A stretch of 64,000 nucleotides of DNA from an uncultured Gammaproteobacteria bacterium (lineage in GTDB: Bacteria > Patescibacteriota > Microgenomatia > Daviesbacterales > UBA10151). Shown here piece by piece: positions 20,401 to 28,287 of the stretch; the first letter of the stretch is position 1; every line of letters starts with the position of its first letter. The stretch covers positions 385 through 64,384 of the forward strand of contig CAZAZW010000002.1 in NCBI GenBank assembly GCA_964489875.1, read 5' to 3'. The notes below the pieces were generated by a model that worked only from the letters and a program-made list of their open reading frames with translations, had not been told where the DNA came from and did no database searches. The position numbers and the translations under genes were made by a program.

Positions 20401-21009
20401 GAGCCGCCGTACCTTTCCTTACTACAACTTTTGTCGAAGTTTGTTTCAGTCAAATTATCTGATTTAGGTGATGAACATGTCGGAAGGACTTTGAAATTAG
20501 GGGGTGTGATAACTGCTGTTAAAAAAGTGATAACCAAGAAATCGGCAAAAGAGATGGCATTTATTAAGATATCAGACGGTGTTTCCAGTGTAGAAGTGGT
20601 GGTATTTCCTAAAACATATGAAACCAGCAAGGAGTTTCTACTGACAGATGAGGTAGTTTTTATCCTGGGACGCGCAGAAAAAAGAGAAGAAGAGCTTTCT
20701 TTAATTGTTGAGAAAATTAGCATATTTGACCCGAATGCTGTTGCGGAGAATACTACGGATACTATTAAGGATTTCTTGGAAGCTATCCCAATGGTGGAAA
20801 TTATGATTCCAAAGGATTCAGATGTATCGGTGCTACAAAATATAAATAGAACATTACGAGAATTTCCGGGGTCGACTCCGGTAACCCTGCTTTTGCATAG
20901 CGGCGGAGAGTTAAAAAGGATGAATTTGCCATTTTCCATAAATCCTGATTCTGTCTTGAGAGAGAAGATTAAAGAAATCCTGGGTGATGGGGCTTTCAAA
21001 TTACTCTAG
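17434..21009 (+). CDS. dnaE: DNA polymerase III alpha subunit
   Basis: PHP N-terminus FVHLHGHTQYSLLDG, palm/fingers segments (PDIDADI, GLVKMDLLGIRNL, FNKAHAASYA) and an OB-fold C-terminus. Confidence 0.95.
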   Translation: MAKFVHLHGHTQYSLLDGLSKINQLVKDAKTLGMESLAITDHGVMYGVIEFYKACIDAGVKPIVGVEMYVAKRSFKDKEGKLDSEPFHLTVLAKNYQGYLNLMKLVTLAHTHGYYYRPRVDKVLLKEYHEGLIALSGCPSGEFIRVLMKNEKKAEEVLKTYQDIFGEENFYLEVQKHPYQECMDLASDELVKKDLRELLDIQNLTIKSAKDFSTKLGIPTVATNDYHYVKKEDAEAQDALLCVQTGKFLSEVQRLRMIDTPDYFLKSPEQMLESFKDLTEALESTVKIAEKVDLEIPLGVARFPVFETPGKESSMEYLRELTYQKAAEKIKLTDKVEERLEYELGVIEEKKYADYFLVVADFMEWAHQRGIITNTRGSAAASMVLYCLGVTNLNPLDYLLPFERFLTIYRPTLPDIDADIADDRRDEVIEYVTKKYGEGRVAQIVTFGTMMGRAAIRDVGRVLGLSYGDVDRIAKLVPPPHQGFHKPLGETIKEVQELSDLYKSNPQIKKLLDLAVKIEGTVRHASVHAAGVVIAPEEITNFTPLQKESKGDKLVSQYDMFSLVDEYGGIGLVKMDLLGIRNLSILGKAVEFVKENRGISVDLNKIPLDDKKAFEPLAKGETMGIFQLEGSGMTRYVTELKPNSIFDIQAMVALYRPGPMSVIPEYIARKHDPRKIKFFDPRMKEYMEQSLGLLVYQDDVLLTAINIAGYSWEEADKFRKAMGKKIPTEMAKQKGKFIEGCITNGMRRAKAEELFSIIAPFAAYGFNKAHAASYAIVAYQTAYMKANFPVEFMAAVMTAESGDSEKIAAAIEECKRLGIVVLPPDVNKSGVGFSLEKLKSLTQADLERSLSVGESEVKQGIRFGLSAIKNVGISAIESIISARDKGDFTSLMDLCSRVDNRLVNRKTLESLIKAGALDHLGSRAAQLLILDQCLEESHKQNKNKLSGQVSLFDTDEEKGDLGLKLPDVSELPLEQLLIFEKELLGFYLHEPPYLSLLQLLSKFVSVKLSDLGDEHVGRTLKLGGVITAVKKVITKKSAKEMAFIKISDGVSSVEVVVFPKTYETSKEFLLTDEVVFILGRAEKREEELSLIVEKISIFDPNAVAENTTDTIKDFLEAIPMVEIMIPKDSDVSVLQNINRTLREFPGSTPVTLLLHSGGELKRMNLPFSINPDSVLREKIKEILGDGAFKLL

Positions 21010-21032
21010 CCTCCCTGTTGAAGCTAGATGAG

Positions 21033-22010
21033 TTATGATTGTAGTGAAAGAACGAGTTTACTACCTGATATCTGATTGTCCCGCTGGTTGTCTTTATAAG
21101 ATTTATCCGAACGTTGGGTTGACATAATCCAGCTTACCATCTGAGATAGTTCCTGAGCTTGTTGCTCTGTTGGCCCACCGCCTCTTAATTTCGTTACATA
21201 GTTTAGTGTAGCTCTGACAGGATGATCAAATGGAGTTTGTCTTAGTTCCCAAAGTAGCTGGCGCATTTCTGCACTTTGGGGATTAATTTCACCGTGTCCT
21301 CTCTGTCCCATTACCAGTGTGCCTACCTGCGCCAGATGGATTGCTTCTGTATATCTTCTGATCAGTGGATTCCTAAGTATTTTTATAAAGTCATCAATCC
21401 TGCCCTCAGGGTGATCCAGACCCAGTAGTATCCCACTGGCTAACTTTTCTTCTTCTACCAAACGTTCTGCAATAAGAACAGGGTCATAAGCTAGCCTTTG
21501 ATCCTCCAAAAGTAGTGATTTAAACTTCCTTTCATTTTCCGCTAGTACAAATGGAAGTTGGCTCAATTGGTCCAATCTGCGGTCTTTGGCAAAGCCTGCA
21601 ATCACATTGGTATGAATATTGATGCCGACTCCCAATGATTCTGCCAGATTAACTCCATGCAATTTATCGGCTGGTTTAAAAATCAGGAGCCAGGCTGCCT
21701 GGAAAAGCATGTGTATGGGACCGTTTTTAATTTCACCCAAGACAATTCGATGAAGATTTTCTACTAGGCTGTAGTTGAATTCGAGATGAACTCGTCTAAC
21801 TACAGTATGTGGGTATTTTTGAAGAAGTTTTTGAGCATACTCAGGAGTCATTTGTCGAGTTGGGTAAACTTCCAGACCGATCCATTCAGACATATCCCTG
21901 CCGCGGTTACATGATTCTGTTACCTCCCAGGCTTTTTCAGGTCTTAGTAAAAATTTGGAAGTAGAGATATCTACTCCCTGCAAACCATAATATTGTGGAC
22001 TTTCTTGCAT
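21033..22010 (-). CDS. hypothetical protein (no recognisable family)
   Basis: 325-aa ORF with coding-like composition. His/Asp/Glu at putative strand ends ([19 protein letters not shown]) could fit a metal-dependent TIM barrel, but that is a guess. Confidence 0.6.
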   Translation of the reverse strand: MQESPQYYGLQGVDISTSKFLLRPEKAWEVTESCNRGRDMSEWIGLEVYPTRQMTPEYAQKLLQKYPHTVVRRVHLEFNYSLVENLHRIVLGEIKNGPIHMLFQAAWLLIFKPADKLHGVNLAESLGVGINIHTNVIAGFAKDRRLDQLSQLPFVLAENERKFKSLLLEDQRLAYDPVLIAERLVEEEKLASGILLGLDHPEGRIDDFIKILRNPLIRRYTEAIHLAQVGTLVMGQRGHGEINPQSAEMRQLLWELRQTPFDHPVRATLNYVTKLRGGGPTEQQAQELSQMVSWIMSTQRSDKSYKDNQRDNQISGSKLVLSLQS

Positions 22011-22053
22011 GGAAGGTAATCTAGCATATTATAGGTTAAACTTCAATAACAAG

Positions 22054-22407
22054 ATGTTGATAGACTACCTGGATTGTGTTAATATTCCATTCATGATTTC
22101 AATACAAATTGGTGAGCAAAATTTACATATTGGGGATACTATAAGGGTTCACTCTAAGGTGGTGGAAGGAACAAAAACCCGGATCCAGGTATATGAGGGG
22201 ATTTTAATCAGGCTGCGGGGTAGGGAAGTTAATAAAACCTTTACGGTCCGTAAAATAGGTGCAGGAGGAGTTGGAGTTGAAAGAACCTGGCCGCTCAATG
22301 CTAATTCTATAGTGAAAATTGAAGTTAGGAAAAATGCAGGTAAGGTTAGGAGAAGTAAGCTTTATTATTTGAGAGATTTGACCGGTAAGAGCGCAGTACG
22401 GGTATAA
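22054..22407 (+). CDS. rplS: 50S ribosomal protein L19
   Basis: [26 protein letters not shown]...[19 protein letters not shown]...[16 protein letters not shown]. The start is uncertain (22009, 22054 or 22093). Confidence 0.85.
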   Translation: MLIDYLDCVNIPFMISIQIGEQNLHIGDTIRVHSKVVEGTKTRIQVYEGILIRLRGREVNKTFTVRKIGAGGVGVERTWPLNANSIVKIEVRKNAGKVRRSKLYYLRDLTGKSAVRV

Positions 22408-22440
22408 AATAAATTTTTAACTTTCGCCCCCTTGATCAAT

Positions 22441-22800
22441 ATGACAAAAAAGTTAGCTGGAGATTATGGTGAGAGTTTGGCATGTAAATACTTACAGAAG
22501 CAGGGGTATAGGATTCTGGAAAGAAATTACCGGATTCGGGGTGGAGAGATAGATATTGTGGCAAAGGAAGGGGATGCCTTAGTGTTCATAGAGGTAAAGA
22601 CACGCTGGTCACATGACTTCGGATTACCAGTAGAATCCATGACATCCTGGAAAATCAGGCATCTGTTAAAAACAGCCAGATTTTATATTCAGAAAGTTAA
22701 GTGGGAAGATAGACCATATAGATTAGATTTTGTCTCAGTGGATTTTGCAGACTCCCGGGAAGATCCTAAAATAGAACTTATAAAAAATATTACTTCTTAG
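22441..22800 (+). CDS. YraN/UPF0102 family endonuclease-like protein
   Basis: GESLACKYLQKQGYRILERNYR...GEIDIVAKEGDALVFIEVKTR pattern. ATG 22441 is preferred to the listed TTG 22432. Confidence 0.8.
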   Translation: MTKKLAGDYGESLACKYLQKQGYRILERNYRIRGGEIDIVAKEGDALVFIEVKTRWSHDFGLPVESMTSWKIRHLLKTARFYIQKVKWEDRPYRLDFVSVDFADSREDPKIELIKNITS

Positions 22801-23680
22801 TATGATTGCCTTCAACTGCAAAAGGAATTTCTTCCCAATCATGAACTTTTCTGATCTTTTTATTAACTGACCAGACAGTTTCCAAAAGCCTGGGATCCAA
22901 TTTTAGCTGCTTGGCCCGACCAATCAGCGCTACTACATCTTTGGGGAAACATTTCCCACCAAACCCTCTAGCAGTTGTAACATCCAAGTGTGAATCGAAA
23001 ATCCGGTGGTCTGCCACTACCATACTTTTAACCTCTTCATATTTAATTCCCAAAGCTTGACAAAGCTCAAACATCTCATTAGCAAAGATTACTTTGGTAG
23101 CTAAAAGTGAATTAGCCATATATTTAACCATTTCAGCAGTAGTAGTATCTGTTTGGAAAATCTTCATGTGGGGAAATCTTTGGCGGTAGAGCGCTACCAC
23201 TCTTCTTGAGGTTAAATCATTATTAGCGCCAACAACAGTTCGATCGGCATTTACAAAATCTTCCAGATAATTAGCCTCGGTTAAAAATTCCGGGTTCATG
23301 GCAAAGTTACTTTTAGGGTATCTTTTCTCCAATTCTGCAGCAGTGCCCGGGACAACCGTTGATTTGATCACAATAATTTTATCAGTACCGTTTGTGTATT
23401 TGGAAATTTCCGCAATACTGTTTTCAATAATAGAGAGGTCAATCCCCGATTCGTCCTCTTTCATCGGGGTGGGTAAGCAGATAAAGATAAATTCGCTTCC
23501 CGCAACAACCTCTTCTAAGCTCGCGGTTTCTTTATACTTATCGTAGTATTTTATTTCATACTTGTTTTTAATTTCCGGCTGGGAAAAACCATATGCCATG
23601 GCTTGACCGACGATACCGTAGCCAATGATGCCAAGTTTGGCCGGAGTAATCAGTTGAGGAGGTTCTGCTTGTGTACTCAT
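22790..23680 (-). CDS. UDP-glucose/GDP-mannose dehydrogenase family protein (short, 296 aa)
   Basis: Rossmann GIIGYGIVGQ and catalytic-Cys motif GFGGKCFPKD. The protein ends ~50 aa after the Cys, so the usual C-terminal UDP-binding domain appears absent. Confidence 0.7.
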   Translation of the reverse strand: MSTQAEPPQLITPAKLGIIGYGIVGQAMAYGFSQPEIKNKYEIKYYDKYKETASLEEVVAGSEFIFICLPTPMKEDESGIDLSIIENSIAEISKYTNGTDKIIVIKSTVVPGTAAELEKRYPKSNFAMNPEFLTEANYLEDFVNADRTVVGANNDLTSRRVVALYRQRFPHMKIFQTDTTTAEMVKYMANSLLATKVIFANEMFELCQALGIKYEEVKSMVVADHRIFDSHLDVTTARGFGGKCFPKDVVALIGRAKQLKLDPRLLETVWSVNKKIRKVHDWEEIPFAVEGNHTKK

Positions 23681-23709
23681 CCAAAAAAGTATAGCATATA
23701 CCGGCAGTT

Positions 23710-24114
23710 ATGCAAACGATTCAAAAAGTGGCTTTAGCAGTATTTAAAAAGAAAAAAATGCTGCAAGTTAGAACTAAGAAAAATCCTCAGGTGTTTTACA
23801 CTTTGGGCGGAAAATTGGAAAAAGGGGAGTCGGATATAGAGTGTCTAAAAAGGGAAGTAAAGGAAGAAATAAATTGTGATATAGATGAGCCTTCTATTAA
23901 ATTTCTGACAGAATTTGAAGATGTAGCTCACGGCAAGGAAGATGCTCTAGTGAATATAAAAATATATGAAGGAAAATTAATTGGTACTCCAAAACCTACT
24001 TCAGAGATAGTGGAAATCGGCTGGTTCGATTCAAATTCTGATAAGAAGCATCTTTCCGCAATTGCCCAAAGGACAATATTCCCCTGGTTAAAAAAACATG
24101 GGTATATAAGCTAA
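23710..24114 (+). CDS. NUDIX hydrolase
   Basis: Nudix box GGKLEKGESDIECLKREVKEEINC. Confidence 0.85.
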   Translation: MQTIQKVALAVFKKKKMLQVRTKKNPQVFYTLGGKLEKGESDIECLKREVKEEINCDIDEPSIKFLTEFEDVAHGKEDALVNIKIYEGKLIGTPKPTSEIVEIGWFDSNSDKKHLSAIAQRTIFPWLKKHGYIS

Positions 24115-24545
24115 GCTCGAAAACTTTGTTTATAAATTAAGGTTCCTACAGATTTCTTACCTTCTTTGAATTTTTTTCTTAATTTTCTAAGTTAGAATGC
24201 GGTTAATATGTTTAGCAGCGTTTTATTTGTAAATCCATTGCCAATATTAAAATTAATTGATTTGCGTATTTCTCTTAAACTTTTCAACAAATTTAGCTTC
24301 TTTAAATATCTAGGGCACAGATTAAAGATGAGTTTTGTTTACAAGCTTATGTCAGCACCTGTAATTTAGAATATGGATTTTACAAAAAAGGAAATGACCA
24401 AAAAAATAATAACAGAGAAGGAGAAGACAATGATATCTTCGATACTTTCTAATATTATTAAAATGGAGGCAGTCTTAATTAAAGGAAGACTGAAAGTGGC
24501 AACTTAAAAGTTGCAAGATATAATTTTTGGGTATAAGATTGCCCT

Positions 24546-25670
24546 GTGATATTTCGTGCTAGTCTAATCGTTCTTAAAACCCGGTTTTGGGAGTGGTTAG
24601 GGAGTTTCTGGTTTAAATTTAAATTCTTTTTGGTGAAACTGGCTTATCTTCAAAAAAGGAGCAGACTAAGAAGGTATGGACTACCGATACTATTAGCTGC
24701 ATTAATACTGCTCTTGAATATTTTTCTTCTAAATAGCGATTTTCTGCTTGTTAACAGCCAGGCAATTGCCTTTTTGGTGTTTATTTTGGTTGTTACCGCT
24801 AGCTCCTGGTACGGTGGGTTAGGCCCTGGAATTCTTGCAACTGTTATTACGAGTAGCATTAATTATTTCACACTTCTTAGAGGAGGTTTGCCCTTTCATC
24901 CCGAGTCAGATGATATATTAATGACTATTGTTTTTGTGGTGGTAGGATTTTTTATTGGCGTTATCAGCGAAGCAAGATATGAAGTTGAACTTCAAAAAGA
25001 TGAGTTTATAGCTTTACTGGCTCACGAGACAAAAAATCCGCTTAGTGCTATCAAAGGTTTTGCCGGATTACTCTATCAAAGCTGTAAAAAAAATAGTCAC
25101 AGTAAAATCATTCGCTACACTGAAGAAATAGATTTCCAATCCAATAAGTTATTAGAATTAGTTAATGATTTGCTGGATGTAACTAAAATCGAGGTTGGTA
25201 AGTTTGCATATAAAGATGAATTATTTGACTTTGACAGTTTAGTTAAAAAAGTAACAAGCAATCAGGGGATTATTAATACTAAGAGAGAAATAACTTTATC
25301 CGGTAGTTCCAAGAGAATCATTAAGGGTGATGCCTACAGGATCGGACAGGCTATAACTAATCTTTTGACAAATGCAATAAAGTATTCACCGGAGGAAAGT
25401 CCGGTTAGGATTCGTATTAAAGGGATAAAGAGTGGAGTACTTTTGAGTGTTAGAGATTATGGAATAGGGATCCCTAAGTCAGAACAAAGGGCCGTATTCA
25501 ACCAGTTTTATAGAACCAGGCGAGCAGAGCGGGGGAAGAGTGAGGGTTTAGGCTTGGGTCTTTTTATCTCATCTCAAATCATCAGATATCATCATGGAAA
25601 ATTATGGGTCAAGAGCAATGGCAGAAGGGGCTCCACTTTCTATTTAGAAATCCCCAAAAATTATTATTAA
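24546..25670 (+). CDS. membrane sensor histidine kinase
   Basis: TM helices of DUF4118 type, H-box LAHETKNPLSAI, and ATPase boxes LLTNAIKYSP, DYGIGIP, GLGLGLF. GTG start as listed; the exact start is uncertain. Confidence 0.8.
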   Translation: MIFRASLIVLKTRFWEWLGSFWFKFKFFLVKLAYLQKRSRLRRYGLPILLAALILLLNIFLLNSDFLLVNSQAIAFLVFILVVTASSWYGGLGPGILATVITSSINYFTLLRGGLPFHPESDDILMTIVFVVVGFFIGVISEARYEVELQKDEFIALLAHETKNPLSAIKGFAGLLYQSCKKNSHSKIIRYTEEIDFQSNKLLELVNDLLDVTKIEVGKFAYKDELFDFDSLVKKVTSNQGIINTKREITLSGSSKRIIKGDAYRIGQAITNLLTNAIKYSPEESPVRIRIKGIKSGVLLSVRDYGIGIPKSEQRAVFNQFYRTRRAERGKSEGLGLGLFISSQIIRYHHGKLWVKSNGRRGSTFYLEIPKNYY

Positions 25671-25676
25671 CTAAAA

Positions 25677-26348
25677 CTATTCTTTAATCACATATCCAAA
25701 TCCTCTGATTGATTGGATAAGCTTTTTCTTGTAACCCGCATCTATTTTTTTTCTAAGATAACCAATATATACGTCAACTGCTCTTGTTTCTATATCTTGA
25801 GAATAAAGCCAAACTCTATTTAGTATCATCTCTCGGGTTAGCACCCTTCCTTTATTATTCATTAAATATTCCAATAATTTAAATTCCTGGCGGGTGAGAC
25901 GTATGGATTTACCATCCCTTTTAACCTCTAAGCTTTTATTATCCAATTCTAAATTGCCTACCTTGAGTTTGCTGTCATCTATCCCGTTGTGGCGCAGTCT
26001 GGCTTTAATTCTGGCTAGTAGTACATCCGGCACAAAAGGCTTGGTTATATAATCATCTGCTCCAATATTTAAACCTTGGACAATATCTGAAATAGAATCC
26101 TTAGCAGTTAGAATCAAAACCGGCAAATCAGGATATTTTTTTCTAACCTCTTTACAAACTTCTTCACCGCTTAAATTTGGTAGCCCCAGATCCAGAATAA
26201 CCAAATTGGGTGGCATGGTGCCGATAGTGTTCAAAGCAGTAATTCCATCAGAGACTGTTTGCACTGAGTAGTCATTGTTGATCAGCAATTCCTTTAAATA
26301 TTTCTGCAGCCCGGTGTCGTCTTCTACGACTAATATTTTTTTAACCAT
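25677..26348 (-). CDS. OmpR/PhoB-family response regulator
   Basis: Receiver domain (ILVVEDD...LVILDLGLP...LTAK) plus winged-helix output (LTRQEFKLLEYL...VDVYIGYLRKK...IRGFGY). Confidence 0.9.
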   Translation of the reverse strand: MVKKILVVEDDTGLQKYLKELLINNDYSVQTVSDGITALNTIGTMPPNLVILDLGLPNLSGEEVCKEVRKKYPDLPVLILTAKDSISDIVQGLNIGADDYITKPFVPDVLLARIKARLRHNGIDDSKLKVGNLELDNKSLEVKRDGKSIRLTRQEFKLLEYLMNNKGRVLTREMILNRVWLYSQDIETRAVDVYIGYLRKKIDAGYKKKLIQSIRGFGYVIKE

Positions 26349-26516
26349 GTTTATTTGATCGGGATGATTATAGCCGGATTCTTAAGATAATTCTATACCT
26401 ATTTCGCTTTTCTTACAATATTATTACAAAAAGACGCCTTCTTTGGGACATATTCTAACTAACTTCTTACGTTTTTATTGTGGATTTGTTTAATTATAAA
26501 AGTAGAATTTTAATTC

Positions 26517-26660
26517 AAAAGGGGTAGAATATTTGTATCTTGGTATACAAATTTAACTGAGAAGCGTAAAGGGGATCACGCCTAGATGTTTCTAGAATTT
26601 TACATCCCAAAACTCCTCGGCTACCCCCTTTTCTTTTAGAATGTTTAGAAAAGGAGGTGA
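26517..26660 (+). promoter_or_regulatory. candidate structured leader/sRNA with mutually exclusive helices ahead of a perfect Shine-Dalgarno
   Basis: An 11-bp helix pairs 26517-26527 (aaaaggggtag) with 26621-26632 (ctacccc[c]tttt), with one bulged C. It encloses three small hairpins. Its 3' strand overlaps the 5' arm of an 8-bp hairpin, 26627-26634 (ccttttct) with 26647-26654 (agaaaagg). That hairpin covers the start of the SD aaggaggtga (26651-26660). Confidence 0.35.
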
Positions 26661-26717
26661 TTAAAAATGGACGGTGATGAAAATAAAGAGTAGAGGTTTA
26701 AATATGGAATTCAACAC

Positions 26718-26773
26718 AGCCTCAATGGTGTGAGTGATTAAGCTATCAATTTAACACCATTGAGGCTATTTTT
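26718..26773 (+). terminator. rho-independent terminator (plus strand)
   Basis: Perfect 14-bp inverted repeat agcctcaatggtgt / acaccattgaggct (26718-26731 and 26754-26767), followed by a ttttt run at 26769-26773. Confidence 0.7.
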
Positions 26774-26847
26774 AGTGTTTTTAACAATTCAGATATATAT
26801 AACTGTGCTTGAGTAGAAAGCAAATTTCAAGTATAATTTTAAGGTTT

Positions 26848-26921
26848 GCCGCGTTCGTCTAGTGGCCTAGGACATCGGGCTTTCATCCCGAAAATCACGG
26901 GTTCGACTCCCGTACGCGGTA
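26848..26921 (+). tRNA. tRNA-Glu (anticodon UUC)
   Basis: Acceptor GCCGCGT/ACGCGGT, anticodon stem TCGGG/CCCGA with loop CTTTCAT, T arm ACGGG-TTCGACT-CCCGT. Confidence 0.9.
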
Positions 26922-27010
26922 CTAGTAAAACATAGTTTAGACTGTTACAATAATCTAAATTTTGAATTTATCAGTAGTTTATCAAGATAAAAACTAAATG
27001 GTGTAATAGA

Positions 27011-27658
27011 TTACAATTTAGCAGAATTTTCCCCTAATAAAACCTGACTTTGAATATTGTGCCACATATGTCTAGCAGCATCTCTTTGAGCGGGGGTTGC
27101 ACTACTTGATAACATAAATCTAAAATTACTCCACATAGCACTTACAGAGTTGCTATTTGCATACCCAACAGAATTACCCTTCAGAATCGAAATTGCTACC
27201 AAATTAGAAGGAGTAAGGAATAATTCCGCAATCTTATCCTGTAGAGGACGGGTAATGCTGCTTGGGGAATGACCTAGGCGGTAACTTCTTTTGTAGCCGA
27301 TAAAGGCTAATGCGCCATTTTTGACTGCAGCATCGCCCAGTTGTACAGCAGCATCACAACAGCGGGCGTAAATAATCCTTTTATCTAAAAGGTTTTCATC
27401 CTTGTTTTTAGTTAGTAACGGTTCGTTATCAAAACCAGTTATGTTTTCTTGATCGCCGTGGCCATTCAAGAAAATCAACTTAGGATTATGTCTTTTGAGG
27501 TAACTATCAAAATTTTTCTTGGTAGCCTTATTCTTATCTAAATCAAGTACATTGATACCTTTTTCTTCAGCCATATCAATGACGAGAGAAGACCAGTAAT
27601 AGAGATAGTTTGTTCCAGGATCGTGATTTGGTCGGGTAATAAGTAATATTTTATTCAC
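27011..27658 (-). CDS. hypothetical protein with a clan-CD (caspase/legumain-like) His-Gly...Cys arrangement
   Basis: Hydrophobic strand plus His-Gly (KLIFLNGHGD, His67), then 33 aa later a hydrophobic strand plus Cys (RIIYARCCDAA, Cys100/101), after an N-terminal strand KILLITRP. GTG start in a GTGA overlap with the upstream gene. Confidence 0.55.
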   Translation of the reverse strand: MNKILLITRPNHDPGTNYLYYWSSLVIDMAEEKGINVLDLDKNKATKKNFDSYLKRHNPKLIFLNGHGDQENITGFDNEPLLTKNKDENLLDKRIIYARCCDAAVQLGDAAVKNGALAFIGYKRSYRLGHSPSSITRPLQDKIAELFLTPSNLVAISILKGNSVGYANSNSVSAMWSNFRFMLSSSATPAQRDAARHMWHNIQSQVLLGENSAKL

Positions 27659-27903
27659 GGAGAGTATATTTTACCTTGTGCCATAGCTTTCATGAATTCG
27701 ATTTCGCTTTCCATGATCTCTTGACCAACTTCATCACCAACTTCAACGCTGTTTATTAATTCTTCTTTGGTAAAATCTCCTTTTCCTCCTATTACAACTT
27801 GAAGCTCATCAGAGGAACCTTTCAGTCTTTGTATTACTATTTGTTTTAATTCTTCTTCTATATTTAACTCTTGAGTCTGTCTATTGTTTTGATCCTCGTT
27901 CAT
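27655..27903 (-). CDS. small acidic hypothetical protein (82 aa)
   Basis: The ORF is translationally coupled on both sides (ATGA at 27900-27903, GTGA at 27655-27658). Very Glu/Asp-rich; no recognisable family. Confidence 0.55.
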   Translation of the reverse strand: MNEDQNNRQTQELNIEEELKQIVIQRLKGSSDELQVVIGGKGDFTKEELINSVEVGDEVGQEIMESEIEFMKAMAQGKIYSP

Positions 27904-28085
27904 ACAATGATCCCTATTTTAACCAATTTTTCTACAATTTCTTTTCCTTTAAGCGTATCATTATCTACCTCTATCCATGCTGCATTCCAAGTTAAAGGTT
28001 GGCCATCAATTATAATTATTACACGGTCTCTTTCGTTAAGTGGTAGATTAGCATAAGCTTTTAAAAATTTTGTTCTGTTATCCAT
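27900..28085 (-). CDS. small hypothetical protein (61 aa)
   Basis: First gene of the three-gene coupled unit; no recognisable family. Confidence 0.5.
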   Translation of the reverse strand: MDNRTKFLKAYANLPLNERDRVIIIIDGQPLTWNAAWIEVDNDTLKGKEIVEKLVKIGIIV

Positions 28086-28287
28086 TTAAATAATAATACT
28101 AAATATTAATAGTGCAGTTTTGTTCCAGCAAAGTCAATAGAATTATACTACTTGAATTTAAAGAATCAATATTAGATTAATTTTAATACCATATACCTTC
28201 TTATTTCAATCTTTAAAGGTAGTTAACACTTATCTTCTAAAAAAGTAGCAGAAAGGAAGTTTTGAATCTGGGGATTAGGAAGTGAGG

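Noticed and set aside
19351-20999. 219-aa, 121-aa and 202-aa minus-strand ORFs within dnaE.
   Set aside because: They are fully contained in the unmistakable DNA polymerase III alpha gene, and their translations have no domain-like features.
24373-24507. Sub-threshold ORFs in long intergenic regions: 44 aa at 24373-24507 (+), followed by a gcaactt/aagttgc hairpin, and 59 aa at 39533-39712 (-).
   Set aside because: They have no recognisable motif, no convincing ribosome-binding site and no comparative data. I cannot support them as genes from sequence alone.
26378-26389. 12-mer attcttaagata shared between the region upstream of the OmpR-type regulator and 39786-39797.
   Set aside because: A single 12-mer match in 64 kb of AT-rich DNA is within chance expectation. 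The two contexts also differ, one being upstream of a gene and the other downstream.
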